This document shows, piece after piece, positions 19,521 through 27,612 of a DNA stretch of 27,612 bases. Both the position numbers and the translations under genes were made by a program. Source of the stretch: a virus (taxonomy: Duplodnaviria; Heunggongvirae; Uroviricota; Caudoviricetes); IMG/VR virus record IMGVR_UViG_3300039346_000011; one strand, 5' to 3'. The notes beneath the pieces are model-generated. The model did not search any database, had not been told where the DNA came from, and saw only the letters and a program-made list of their open reading frames with translations. Position 1 is the first letter of the stretch. Every line of letters starts with the position of its first letter.

Positions 19521-20264
19521 ATGCATCGTATAGACACGAAAACCGCGCAGAAGGATAAGTTCGGCGCGGGTAAGAACGGTTTTACCCGTGGTAACCCCCA
19601 GACAGGCACGCCTGCCACCGATCTGGATGATGACTACTTTGACATGTTGCAGGAAGAACTCTGCAGCGTGGTGGAGGCATCCGGTGCCAGTCTGGAGAAG
19701 GCGCGGCACGACCAGCTGCTTACCGCGCTTCGTGCGCTGCTGTTAAGCCGCAAGAATCCGTTTAGCGATATCAAATCGGACGGCACGGTGAAAACGGCTC
19801 TCGAAAACCTTGGTTTGGGAGAAGGCTCTGCATTACCTGTTGGTGTGCCTGTTCCATGGCCTTCAGCCACACCGCCAACAGGCTGGCTGAAATGCAACGG
19901 TGCGGCTTTTTCTGCTGAAGAATACCCGGAACTGGCAAAGGCTTATCCGACAAATAAATTGCCTGATTTACGTGGTGAGTTTATTCGTGGCTGGGATGAT
20001 GGGCGCGGCGTTGATTCAAGGCGTGCGGTGCTGTCAACACAAGAGCCAACTGTAGGTACTTTTTATGTGGAGCTAGCTATCATCTCGGGAACTTTGAGCG
20101 GCTCAGGTGCTAAATTTACCGATTCAGTAGGGATTGGATCAACCAGTAGTAACATTACCGTTAGCAACGGTAATGACCAGTCCGTGTCGGGTACAGTGGC
20201 CGTTAACCCCGTCGATACCCGTCCACGCAACATTGCATTTAACTATATCGTGAGAGCAGCATAA
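19521..20264 (+). CDS. Tail fibre protein with tail-collar-type C-terminus; constant N-terminal part plus currently joined variable C-terminal part
   Basis: 247 aa; [19 protein letters not shown] and C-terminal [15 protein letters not shown] motifs; the left crossover site lies inside at about codon 93. Confidence 0.8.
   Translation: MHRIDTKTAQKDKFGAGKNGFTRGNPQTGTPATDLDDDYFDMLQEELCSVVEASGASLEKARHDQLLTALRALLLSRKNPFSDIKSDGTVKTALENLGLGEGSALPVGVPVPWPSATPPTGWLKCNGAAFSAEEYPELAKAYPTNKLPDLRGEFIRGWDDGRGVDSRRAVLSTQEPTVGTFYVELAIISGTLSGSGAKFTDSVGIGSTSSNITVSNGNDQSVSGTVAVNPVDTRPRNIAFNYIVRAA
19798..19823. repeat. Left crossover site of the invertible segment (gix/hix/pix-like)
   Basis: CTCTCGAAAACCTTGGTTTGGGAGAA; its last 14 bp are the exact reverse complement of the first 14 bp of the right site at 21725..21750, with weaker similarity across the remainder; encodes LENLGLGEG in the fibre. 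Confidence 0.7.
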
Positions 20265-20866
20265 TGGATAAAGCAATATTAAATAGTGGACTTGTTGCTA
20301 CAAAGGCAGGGGATATTACCGTTTATAACTATGATGGTGAAACTCGGGAATATATTTCCACTTCAAGTGAATATCTTGCCGTTGGTGTTGGTATCCCGGC
20401 ATATTCCTGTCTGGATGCACCAGGTATACATAAGGCGGGTTATGCTATCTGTCGTTCTGTGAATTTAAATTCATGGGAATATGTGCCAGACCATCGCGGT
20501 GAAATCGTCTATAACACCGAAACGGGAGAATCAAAACAAATCACAGCACCGGGTGATTACCCCGAAAATACAACCACTATTGCCCCATTAACGCCATACG
20601 ATAAATGGGATGGTGAGAAATGGGTGACCGATACTGAGGCACAGCATAGCGCCGCAGTAGACGCGGCAGAAGCACAGCGTCAGTCACTGATTGATGCTGC
20701 AATGGCTTCCATCGGTCTGATTCAGCTGAAATTACAGGCCGGACGGAAGCTGATGCAGGCAGAAACAACCCGGCTTAACGCTGTGCTGGATTACATTGAC
20801 GCGGTGACGGCAACAAATACCAGCACAGCGCCGGATGTCATCTGGCCTGAACTGCCGGAGGCGTAG
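20264..20866 (+). CDS. Tail fibre assembly protein (Tfa)
   Basis: 200 aa; TAATG overlap with the fibre gene; C-terminal ...DVIWPELPEA typical of Tfa chaperones. Confidence 0.8.
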   Translation: MDKAILNSGLVATKAGDITVYNYDGETREYISTSSEYLAVGVGIPAYSCLDAPGIHKAGYAICRSVNLNSWEYVPDHRGEIVYNTETGESKQITAPGDYPENTTTIAPLTPYDKWDGEKWVTDTEAQHSAAVDAAEAQRQSLIDAAMASIGLIQLKLQAGRKLMQAETTRLNAVLDYIDAVTATNTSTAPDVIWPELPEA

Positions 20867-21281
20867 GCCATTCAATATCTGGCGCACAGGAAGTATCGAC
20901 CAGTTCCAGTGCGTCCAGATAATCCAGCCACGAATTATATTGCGCCAGTTCCTCGCCTTTCAGACGACCAATAGCAGCTTTGCCAGGCCACTGATGGGTA
21001 TTGATGTAGGTATTGACTTCTGAAACCAAAGATATTTTTTTCATTTCAGCCGTCAACACCTCATCCTCTTTTGAAGGGGGTGGGGAATTAATCCATACTG
21101 GCCGTCCTGAACTGTCAGCGCCAATTTCTTTCCCTTCTGGATGCAGACCAAGAAATTGCTCATATGTTTCTCTGGTAATTTCAATAACATCATCAGGAAG
21201 CGTTCCCGCATCCTCATATTCTGGAAACAATTCTTGCAGATAAAAACTTTTACTTCCGGGTGAAAAGAATACTGAGTTCAT
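20838..21281 (-). CDS. Alternative tail fibre assembly protein (Tfa'), inverted orientation
   Basis: 147 aa on the minus strand, convergent and 3'-overlapping with Tfa; C-terminal ...DIEWPTPPAVQAR Tfa-type. Confidence 0.75.
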   Translation of the reverse strand: MNSVFFSPGSKSFYLQELFPEYEDAGTLPDDVIEITRETYEQFLGLHPEGKEIGADSSGRPVWINSPPPSKEDEVLTAEMKKISLVSEVNTYINTHQWPGKAAIGRLKGEELAQYNSWLDYLDALELVDTSCAPDIEWPTPPAVQAR

Positions 21282-21283
21282 TA

Positions 21284-21750
21284 TTACCGTCCAATGATTA
21301 ACGCTGAGACGCTGGTATCTGAAGGAAAGGCTGCATTCAGTGGTTTGTCGACTTTGAACACAATCGTATTATTCCCCCTGACAGCGGCAAAAGAACAAAC
21401 CGCCGTCGCGTATGAACCTGTAATATTACTGGATACACCACCATAAGCTGTTGTTGATACCAGAGGGATAACGCCCAGCACCTTATTAGGAAATACAAAG
21501 GGCAATGTGGCTGTGGCAATATAAGACTTATTAGAACCTGTGATGGCATAAGCATTATCAGTCATTCCATTCATCGCCACTGGGCCGCTTATACTTACAG
21601 TAACCATCTGAATGATTAGCCCGTCAGGTTGACGAATCACAAAATTTCCATTGCCACCAGTAACCGTCCAGAAAGACATATCAGGGATTTGGTTTTCCCC
21701 GTTGCCCACATTCCGTTTTGCCGCTTCTCCCAAACCAACGTTTATGAAAA
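21284..21750 (-). CDS. Alternative tail-fibre C-terminal module, silent in this orientation
   Basis: Minus-strand frame open from the right crossover site to 21284 (track ORF 21284..21778); encodes ...GLGEAAKRNVGNG... at the site, paralleling LGLGEGSA in the expressed fibre. Confidence 0.6.
21725..21750. repeat. Right crossover site of the invertible segment
   Basis: TTCTCCCAAACCAACGTTTATGAAAA; resembles the enteric Hin/Gin/Pin site consensus as I recall it and is the inverted partner of 19798..19823. Confidence 0.7.
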
Positions 21751-21804
21751 TGCAGAAATAACGAGCAAATGGCATCATTCCTGCTTTTGTCAGGGAGATC
21801 TACC

Positions 21805-21933
21805 ATGCTTATTGGCTATGTACGTGTGTCAACAAATGACCAGAACACAGATCTACAACGTAATGCGCTGAACTGTGCAGGATGCGAGCTGATTTTTGAA
21901 GACAAGATAAGCGGTACAAAGTCCGAGACCTAG
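21805..21933 (+). pseudogene. pin: Serine DNA invertase (Pin/Gin/Hin family), 42-codon N-terminal stub
   Basis: MLIGYVRVSTNDQNTDLQRNALNCAGCELIFEDKISGTKSET then TAG; matches the Pin/Hin N-terminus including the catalytic-Ser context (YVRVST), but full invertases are about 185-190 aa. Confidence 0.8.
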
Positions 21934-21984
21934 GGCTGACACTGCTGTTCTTGATGCAAATTAAAGTATTTAATAGTGAGTAGC

Positions 21985-22004
21985 GGCCTTACTAATGTAA
22001 GGCC
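21985..22004. terminator. Stem-loop between the pin stub and the convergent nuclease gene
   Basis: GGCCTTAC-TAAT-GTAAGGCC perfect 8-bp stem in an AT-rich spacer; no clean U-run on either strand. Confidence 0.35.
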
Positions 22005-22028
22005 ACTATAATCATTTTATTAATTGCA

Positions 22029-23918
22029 TTAATCGTGTTTTGGCCATACTTTCAATGCAATTTCCCCCAACTTTTTACCCCGCTCCAGGATTTCATCCTC
22101 ATCCCATTTATCCTTAACTATAAGTGGAATGTTCAGTCGTAGATTGGTGTGGACGATGAGAGCATCACGTTTTTTCAGAAATACAGCATTCTGAACAGAA
22201 CGGTTTACGCTAAGGTTAAGCAAAGTTAGATTTCCCAAAGTAGATATCGCTTGTTGCCGTTTCCTTACCAGTAGCTGTTCAGGGGTAAGATCGGTTCCAG
22301 ACAGAACAATTTGGTTCAATACCGTAGCATCTGAATTTGTCACCATACGACCATTTTCGAGAGGCCAACAGGAATACCAACTTTGAGGCATAAGATGATC
22401 GATATCGAGATTAGAAAGATTTGGAACATCAGGCTTTTCTGTCTTTACTTGGCGACAAAGTTCTCTTTCAAGTTCCGTTAACATTGAGCGCATTTTCGGT
22501 GCGTCGAGCCTGCCAGGATAAAGTGGAGCATTGATGCAAGCGTTGAGAAATTCTGAGTCACCAGGCCAACGTGAGGCTTCGCCATTTAAGTTATTGAGGA
22601 TATTACGTAACTCAACACTGGAAATTTCCGTTTTAGCCAAGTGCCGCAATACATTCATAAATACATTGTTGTAATTCTTTGGCGTCAGGCCACATACGGC
22701 TCTTCGTACTACGTAGGAGACAAGATCATTATACATGGCTGCTTTCTCATCATCAGCGATGTTAGCTATCGAAATGAACAAAGCAAGCGGATAAAGTGTC
22801 GTCACATCATAGTCTGCGATGCGATATCCAAAGTGTGAGATGGGGGTTGTGCCAAAACCATCAACCAATTCTTTATATTGTGATGCATATTGTTTGAGGC
22901 GCTTTACTTGCAGATCTGCTCGTTGTGAAGACAAGTCCTTACTTACATAATCACGATACTCATTGTAAAGGCGAGACAGATCAATTTCACGTTGCCTTTC
23001 TGATTGCAATGTCGCATGTACTAGCCACTCCATGCGTGGTTTATTAATACGTCCACGGCGTTGTTTTTCCGACCAGTATTTATCTTCAAAGCTCTTCCAC
23101 TCATTTTCATATAATTCAATAGCATTAATATTTTCATGCTCAGCGCACATAAAGATATAGTTGCGAATAAGATCCGTAGCATGAAGTTCCGCCCCTCGCC
23201 CATTTAATGTTTCAAAAATTATTTGGGCATCATCTTCAGCTTCGAGAAATATGCTTACCAGTTTCAGATCTGTTAAGACAGCCTCAATTAGAGCTACAGC
23301 ATTTTCTTGTGGTGAGTGGTTTTCTATTTTAATCCATTTTATAAAGGCTTCAGTAAAAAAACATAATGCTTCTAGTGATGGCGGGTGATTAAAATGCTTA
23401 CGCAACGTACCATGCTGCGTGAAACTATCAGAGAATACGTCCCGGAGATCGTCAATATTTTCAACATTAAAACTTTGAATAAAATGAGTTTGATCCCGAA
23501 AAGTTGGCCACAGTTTGAAGCGTTCTACTTCTTTATTTCGCATTGTGTCTTCGTTTGAGTTTTTCAGGCAAGGCGAAATGAGAGCCTCTAAGCTGGAAAG
23601 ATCCGTAGCACGTAATGCTAATCGGATGGATGCCAGAACATATTGAAGAGTGGTCAATCGTTGCTGACCATCAATAATATGTATGGAATCTACACCTAAT
23701 AATCCTTTTTTTGATTGAGGTTCCAGTACAACCGCACCAAGGAAATGGGGAGTTGGTTTTGTACCCGAGAGCCGGGATTGTACTTTCTCTAGGATATCCT
23801 CCAGTAGAGCTGACCACTGGTCTTGCTGAGTCCATACATAGGCACGTTGATAGAATGGAACACAGTATTGTCGGCGGTCTTGAAAAAGTTGTTGGACAGT
23901 TAGCGTCTCGGATTTCAT
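22029..23918 (-). CDS. DUF262/DUF1524 two-domain nuclease (GmrSD/BrxU/SspE-like type IV restriction-type protein)
   Basis: Track ORF 22029..23978; likely start is the ATG at 23918 (MKSETLTVQQLF...). N-terminal FYQRAYVW and IIDGQQRLTT (DGQQR) motifs; C-terminal DIDHLMPQSW His-Me-finger-like motif; low GC. Confidence 0.8.
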   Translation of the reverse strand: MKSETLTVQQLFQDRRQYCVPFYQRAYVWTQQDQWSALLEDILEKVQSRLSGTKPTPHFLGAVVLEPQSKKGLLGVDSIHIIDGQQRLTTLQYVLASIRLALRATDLSSLEALISPCLKNSNEDTMRNKEVERFKLWPTFRDQTHFIQSFNVENIDDLRDVFSDSFTQHGTLRKHFNHPPSLEALCFFTEAFIKWIKIENHSPQENAVALIEAVLTDLKLVSIFLEAEDDAQIIFETLNGRGAELHATDLIRNYIFMCAEHENINAIELYENEWKSFEDKYWSEKQRRGRINKPRMEWLVHATLQSERQREIDLSRLYNEYRDYVSKDLSSQRADLQVKRLKQYASQYKELVDGFGTTPISHFGYRIADYDVTTLYPLALFISIANIADDEKAAMYNDLVSYVVRRAVCGLTPKNYNNVFMNVLRHLAKTEISSVELRNILNNLNGEASRWPGDSEFLNACINAPLYPGRLDAPKMRSMLTELERELCRQVKTEKPDVPNLSNLDIDHLMPQSWYSCWPLENGRMVTNSDATVLNQIVLSGTDLTPEQLLVRKRQQAISTLGNLTLLNLSVNRSVQNAVFLKKRDALIVHTNLRLNIPLIVKDKWDEDEILERGKKLGEIALKVWPKHD

Positions 23919-24303
23919 GGTATACCTGTAAGCGACATTGTACAAAAGTGAGGAGTTAATCTGATTTAGAACAATCATTTTATTTTGCTATGATACAACG
24001 TATTTGTTACCGATTAAGTAAAAAACGCGTCTGAACGCTGACGTTTTAGGGCTTTACTGGTTATTCTTTCTTATCTCTTCATCATCCCATCGGCATCCTG
24101 TCGAGGTTGTTGACTTGTTGTTATTTATTTTGTCTAGGCGCTGTTTAATTATTATTGATAGAATTGATGGTGAGAGGTGATTGAAACCGTAGGCACGTCG
24201 TTTGCAAGGACGTGCTACGACTGGCTGGTGAACTTCCGATAGTGCGAGTATTGAATGATTTCCTACGTGCTAACTAGTGAACAAACAACTCTTCAGTAGA
24301 CTC

Positions 24304-24521
24304 TCAGGTATCATTCAGAGTTTCCTGAACGAAAGTTTTAGCTCAATCTTTATCTGCAGTATGTCTAACTGAAAAACTATCGTTGCTGGTGGCTTTTACG
24401 ATCATCTCCACATCGTCATAACGCTTGCCAATGTGTTGGGTTAATTCTTCCTTTAACGCGTCCACAGCGCCGTTTGGCATTTGGTCATTTTGTCTTTGGC
24501 TATGGAGATCTCAATACGCAT
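24304..24521 (-). pseudogene. dinI-like gene remnant with a frameshift and an in-frame TGA
   Basis: Minus strand from ATG at 24521 encodes [14 protein letters not shown], then after a 1-nt shift [37 protein letters not shown]..., then TGA at 24345..24343, then ...FVQETLNDT; colinear with DinI as I recall it. Confidence 0.5.
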
Positions 24522-24534
24522 AACACTTCTTTTG

Positions 24535-24582
24535 TACTGCGTTTGTAGACAGTATTATTCTTATCTGTGTAAATAAACAGTA
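24535..24582. promoter_or_regulatory. Two tandem LexA (SOS) box candidates upstream of the dinI-like remnant
   Basis: TACTGCGTTTGTAGACAGTA (24535-24554; CTGC-N8-ACAG) and ATCTGTGTAAATAAACAGTA (24563-24582; perfect CTGT-N8-ACAG). Confidence 0.5.
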
Positions 24583-24722
24583 TCAAGACTTCGTTTTAGC
24601 TGCATAAGAAAAAAGAGATGGATACATTCGGAAAGATTTTGATGGTGGTAGGCTAAGTGAATAGCCTAAAGGTGTTTTACCCCAATTATTCCCCGGTATT
24701 TCTCCGCATAAAAAACAATCAT

Positions 24723-24747
24723 AAAAAAACCAGCCATAATAGGCTGG
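24723..24747 (-). terminator. Rho-independent terminator immediately 3' of the partial tRNA
   Basis: Plus strand AAAAAAA-CCAGCC-ATAATA-GGCTGG; on the minus strand this is hairpin plus U7, 15 nt after the tRNA CCA end. Confidence 0.6.
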
Positions 24748-24762
24748 TTCTTAAGGGATTTT

Positions 24763-24815
24763 TGGTCGGCACGAGAGGATTTGAACCTCCGCCCCCCGAC
24801 ACCCCATGATGGCGA
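24763..24815 (-). tRNA. Partial tRNA-Pro-like gene (3' portion only: anticodon arm, T-arm, acceptor 3' strand, CCA); probable att remnant
   Basis: Minus strand ...CCATCATGGGGTGTCGGGGGGCGGAGGTTCAAATCCTCTCGTGCCGACCA; 3' ~45 nt closely match enterobacterial tRNA-Pro(GGG) as I recall it; no 5' acceptor strand or D-arm follows. Confidence 0.55.
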
Positions 24816-24918
24816 GCTACGATCTTAAGGGCTGTTATGTGCCAGAAACAGAGATTTTTATATTCCTCACTCTGGAAATCATAATGCTAACTAGTAGGGA
24901 TTATAAGTTGTCAATTGA

Positions 24919-25743
<825 letters not shown>

Positions 25744-25797
25744 TTTCGGAATGGAACTGGATTTCATATTGTGGTCAATTTTCGCACATGATGAGAG

Positions 25798-25822
25798 AGA
25801 GCCCGCGATAGTTGGCTCTTTT
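25798..25822 (+). terminator. Rho-independent terminator after the GIY-YIG gene
   Basis: AGAGCC-CGCGATAGTT-GGCTCT followed by TTTT. Confidence 0.45.
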
Positions 25823-25953
25823 GTGCAAAGTCTGACCAATATTTATTCCCCTCACTGGACGTTACACTCAGACTATCCACTGCTGACATGCCAGTGATTT
25901 AAAAGGAATGCTGCTGATTTAAATAGCGAAAACTTCACTAAAGAGGATGTAAA

Positions 25954-26247
25954 ATGACACTACCCAAGTTCAGGAATGACCTACAAGTTGAAGCTAATTA
26001 CTCTATCAATCAAGCCCGTGAAATGGTTGGGAAAACGGTGAAATCTGTCCAGATTGGTTTTCAGAAAACTGGAGTACAGGTTCATCAGACTGAAATGCTA
26101 ATCATCACGTTTACAGATGACACTCAACTTGCCATCTCAACAGGTTCAAACGTTGTAAACATAACGTCGTTAATTGGGCGTGGTGGCAGTTGCGAGCTTA
26201 AGCCTGCGGATTTTCACGTAGATTTTGATTTGACCTGGCAAAGATGA
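25954..26247 (+). CDS. Hypothetical 97-aa protein
   Basis: AGAGGA SD 7 nt upstream of the ATG; no recognisable motif; followed by a GC-rich inverted repeat. Confidence 0.5.
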   Translation: MTLPKFRNDLQVEANYSINQAREMVGKTVKSVQIGFQKTGVQVHQTEMLIITFTDDTQLAISTGSNVVNITSLIGRGGSCELKPADFHVDFDLTWQR

Positions 26248-26254
26248 CAAATCC

Positions 26255-26299
26255 GGCCGTGCCAGCGGCCTTTTTCATGCTCGTCCTGCTGGCACGGCC
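26255..26299. terminator. GC-rich inverted repeat between convergent genes (putative bidirectional terminator)
   Basis: GGCCGTGCCAGC ... GCTGGCACGGCC perfect 12-bp inverted repeat with 21-nt spacer containing TTTTT. Confidence 0.4.
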
Positions 26300-26334
26300 G
26301 CAAACCTAATCCTGTAAGGTGACACTTAAGCGTG

Positions 26335-27123
26335 TCAGAACTGCGCAATAACAACCTTCACTTTTCCTTCCGCGTCTTTAGATTCCAGATCGGTTTTCAC
26401 GCCCAAAGGATTATTTATGTAGCAATCCGGGTCATATACAAACAAGATCAACGTATCGCAGTCTTGGTGAGCGCGGTAGCGCGCCATATCAATAAGCAAC
26501 TCTCCACCAACTTTACCCGCTCCCAGAGATTCACGGGTTTTCTTCACCTCTATCACAATTTTCTCTTTTTTCAAAAGAAAGTCCTGTCTTGAGGCCGCGC
26601 CCGCAAAGCTGGGGGTATACTCTTCCGCCCTAATATCATTAAAATGAAGCGTCAGCAGTGCATAAATCAAATCCTGTACGTCATACTCATCATTAACTTC
26701 AAGCGGCGCACGGCCGTTGTACCGCCTCTTTAACTGGCGAACAAAGGTCGGAAACCTGTTAAGAATATTAAGTACGAGGCTCAGCGGCGAACCTTCTTGA
26801 GGAGTATTAGTACTGACAGCAGAGTGCGCAAGATCATCTCTCGCCGCATCAAACAACGGTTTATAACTTTTGATCAGTGTATTGTAATTAGAAGACCACC
26901 TGCTGTTTACAGTATTGAAGTCATTGTAATAATCAGACTCTTTTCCGTAGCTGTCCTCTATTAACTTTTTCACTCTGGCGATCCAGTTTTTATATTTACC
27001 AGAATCAACATAGGTTTCCATAGTGTGAGTGAGAACGTTCTGCGCAGTATATTTTGTGGAAATGAGCGCATCGTAATCTTTCTCAAGCGCCCTAAATCTT
27101 TCTTCCAGTTGTAGATTTGTCAT
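26335..27123 (-). CDS. Hypothetical protein with C-terminal PD-(D/E)xK-like nuclease motif
   Basis: 262 aa; GGAAGG SD; N-terminal helical region; C-terminal ...EYDVQDLIYALL...RQDFLLKKEKIVIEVKK... has E / D / E-x-K spacing reminiscent of the restriction-endonuclease fold. Low GC. Confidence 0.6.
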   Translation of the reverse strand: MTNLQLEERFRALEKDYDALISTKYTAQNVLTHTMETYVDSGKYKNWIARVKKLIEDSYGKESDYYNDFNTVNSRWSSNYNTLIKSYKPLFDAARDDLAHSAVSTNTPQEGSPLSLVLNILNRFPTFVRQLKRRYNGRAPLEVNDEYDVQDLIYALLTLHFNDIRAEEYTPSFAGAASRQDFLLKKEKIVIEVKKTRESLGAGKVGGELLIDMARYRAHQDCDTLILFVYDPDCYINNPLGVKTDLESKDAEGKVKVVIAQF

Positions 27124-27317
27124 AGTGCCTTCCAGGCTGTATAGTCGGATAACAAGGTCTGTGCGTATGGAAATTCTACCATACTTAGCCTTCTTTTCTT
27201 CACACTGGGCGTAACAGCCATTCTGTCCAGCCCCCCTAGCGTGATCTTACCTGCTGCGGCATTCGGTTGTCTTAGCTCCGGAATAATATTCGGAGATGCA
27301 TAACTGTCCAGTGCCAT
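27120..27317 (-). CDS. Small hypothetical protein (65 aa), possibly coupled to the downstream 262-aa gene
   Basis: Stop TGA overlaps the ATG of 26335..27123 (ATGA); weak G-rich SD; no motif. Could be a spurious ORF in a 5' leader. Confidence 0.3.
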   Translation of the reverse strand: MALDSYASPNIIPELRQPNAAAGKITLGGLDRMAVTPSVKKRRLSMVEFPYAQTLLSDYTAWKAL

Positions 27318-27495
27318 ACGCGCCCCAATCCTATATATCTACTTCATAGCTTTTCAGTAAGGAATGAATATATTAATTTCTGTGATGATTAGTATCGGAG
27401 GGTACGAATGACTATATATCGCTCATAGCAAACGCTCACATCTGTTATGGTTAGAAAGCAGGAAGAGGGGGACAGGCTACGGTATAAGAAAAGTG

Positions 27496-27612
27496 TGAAC
27501 CGCCCCGGGTTTCCTGGAGAGTGTTTTATCTGTGAACTCAGGCTGCCAGATCATCGTTTCCGATGGAAGCATAATAAGCTTTTTCTGCTTCTGCCGGAGG
27601 AGTATGGCCCAG
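27496..27612 (-). mobile_element. IS3-family insertion sequence (IS629/IS1203-like), terminal 117 bp: inverted-repeat end plus 3' end of transposase orfB; element continues past window end
   Basis: Plus strand TGAACCGCCCCGGGTTTCCTGGAGA from 27496 shares TGAACCGCCCCGG-N3-TCCTGGAGA with the terminus at 94; same orientation as the left copy. Confidence 0.75.
27538..27612 (-). CDS. IS3-family transposase OrfB, C-terminal fragment (truncated by window edge)
   Basis: Minus-strand frame from the window edge encodes ...LGHTPPAEAEKAYYASIGNDDLAA then stop (plus TCA at 27538-27540), just inside the inverted repeat. Confidence 0.6.
   Translation of the reverse strand: MGHTPPAEAEKAYYASIGNDDLAA

Larger units (their letters stand above)
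19798..21750. other. Invertible tail-fibre DNA segment (Mu G-/e14 P-segment-like), about 1.95 kb
   Basis: Bounded by inverted crossover sites; contains fibre variable part + Tfa on the plus strand and an alternative Tfa + fibre C-terminal module on the minus strand; invertase gene stub immediately outside. Confidence 0.65.

Noticed and set aside
20835-21243. Plus-strand ORFs (20835..21023, 21013..21243) inside the inverted Tfa' gene
   Set aside because: Antisense to a Tfa homologue with a conserved C-terminal motif.
21629-21871. 80-aa plus-strand ORF spanning the right crossover site and the start of the pin stub
   Set aside because: Out of frame with pin, crosses a recombination site and overlaps the alternative fibre module on the other strand; likely spurious.
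23918-23979. N-terminal 20-codon extension of the DUF262/DUF1524 ORF (track start 23978)
   Set aside because: The family motif FYQRAYVW begins soon after the second Met; I favour the internal ATG at 23918, though without a clear SD this stays uncertain.
24189-24218. Bulged 10-bp hairpin (GTAGGCACGTC ... GACGTGCTAC) upstream of the nuclease gene
   Set aside because: No U-run on either strand and no recognisable binding motif; could be incidental in this AT-rich spacer.
24763-24845. Possibility of a complete tRNA gene at the att remnant
   Set aside because: No complementary 5' acceptor strand (CGGCACG) or canonical D-arm is present where required; only the 3' portion is tRNA-like.
26332-26592. 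86-aa plus-strand ORF overlapping the 3' end of the 262-aa gene
   Set aside because: Antisense to a gene with a good SD and convincing motif; no start context of its own.

Overview
This window is mostly the late region of a lambdoid prophage, bracketed at both edges by IS3-family (IS629/IS1203-like) insertion-sequence termini, and followed on the right by a low-GC accessory islet. All calls are from reading the sequence and ORF track by eye; no searches or folding were run. The prophage (about 100-21900) has a lambda-like lysis cassette (holin, R-type endolysin, Rz/Rz1), HNH endonuclease, a cos-type region, terminase small and large subunits, an HK97-type head module and a Mu-like contractile-tail module (sheath, tube, frameshifted chaperone, tape measure, baseplate, tail fibre). 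It ends in a Mu G-/e14 P-type invertible tail-fibre segment whose crossover sites I could locate. The prophage looks decayed: an IS end sits 15 bp upstream of the holin, the DNA-circulation gene carries an in-frame TAG, the gp46-like baseplate gene is split at a G7 run, and the pin invertase is cut to 42 codons. Immediately after the pin stub is a 629-aa DUF262/DUF1524 (GmrSD/BrxU-like) nuclease gene, then a dinI-like pseudogene with two LexA boxes and a partial tRNA-Pro with its terminator (att remnant). The best candidate for an undescribed system is the islet between that att remnant and the right IS (24.8-27.5 kb): a GIY-YIG nuclease-domain protein, a 97-aa protein, and a coupled 65-aa + 262-aa pair whose larger member has a PD-(D/E)xK-like motif. 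No CRISPR array or rRNA was seen.
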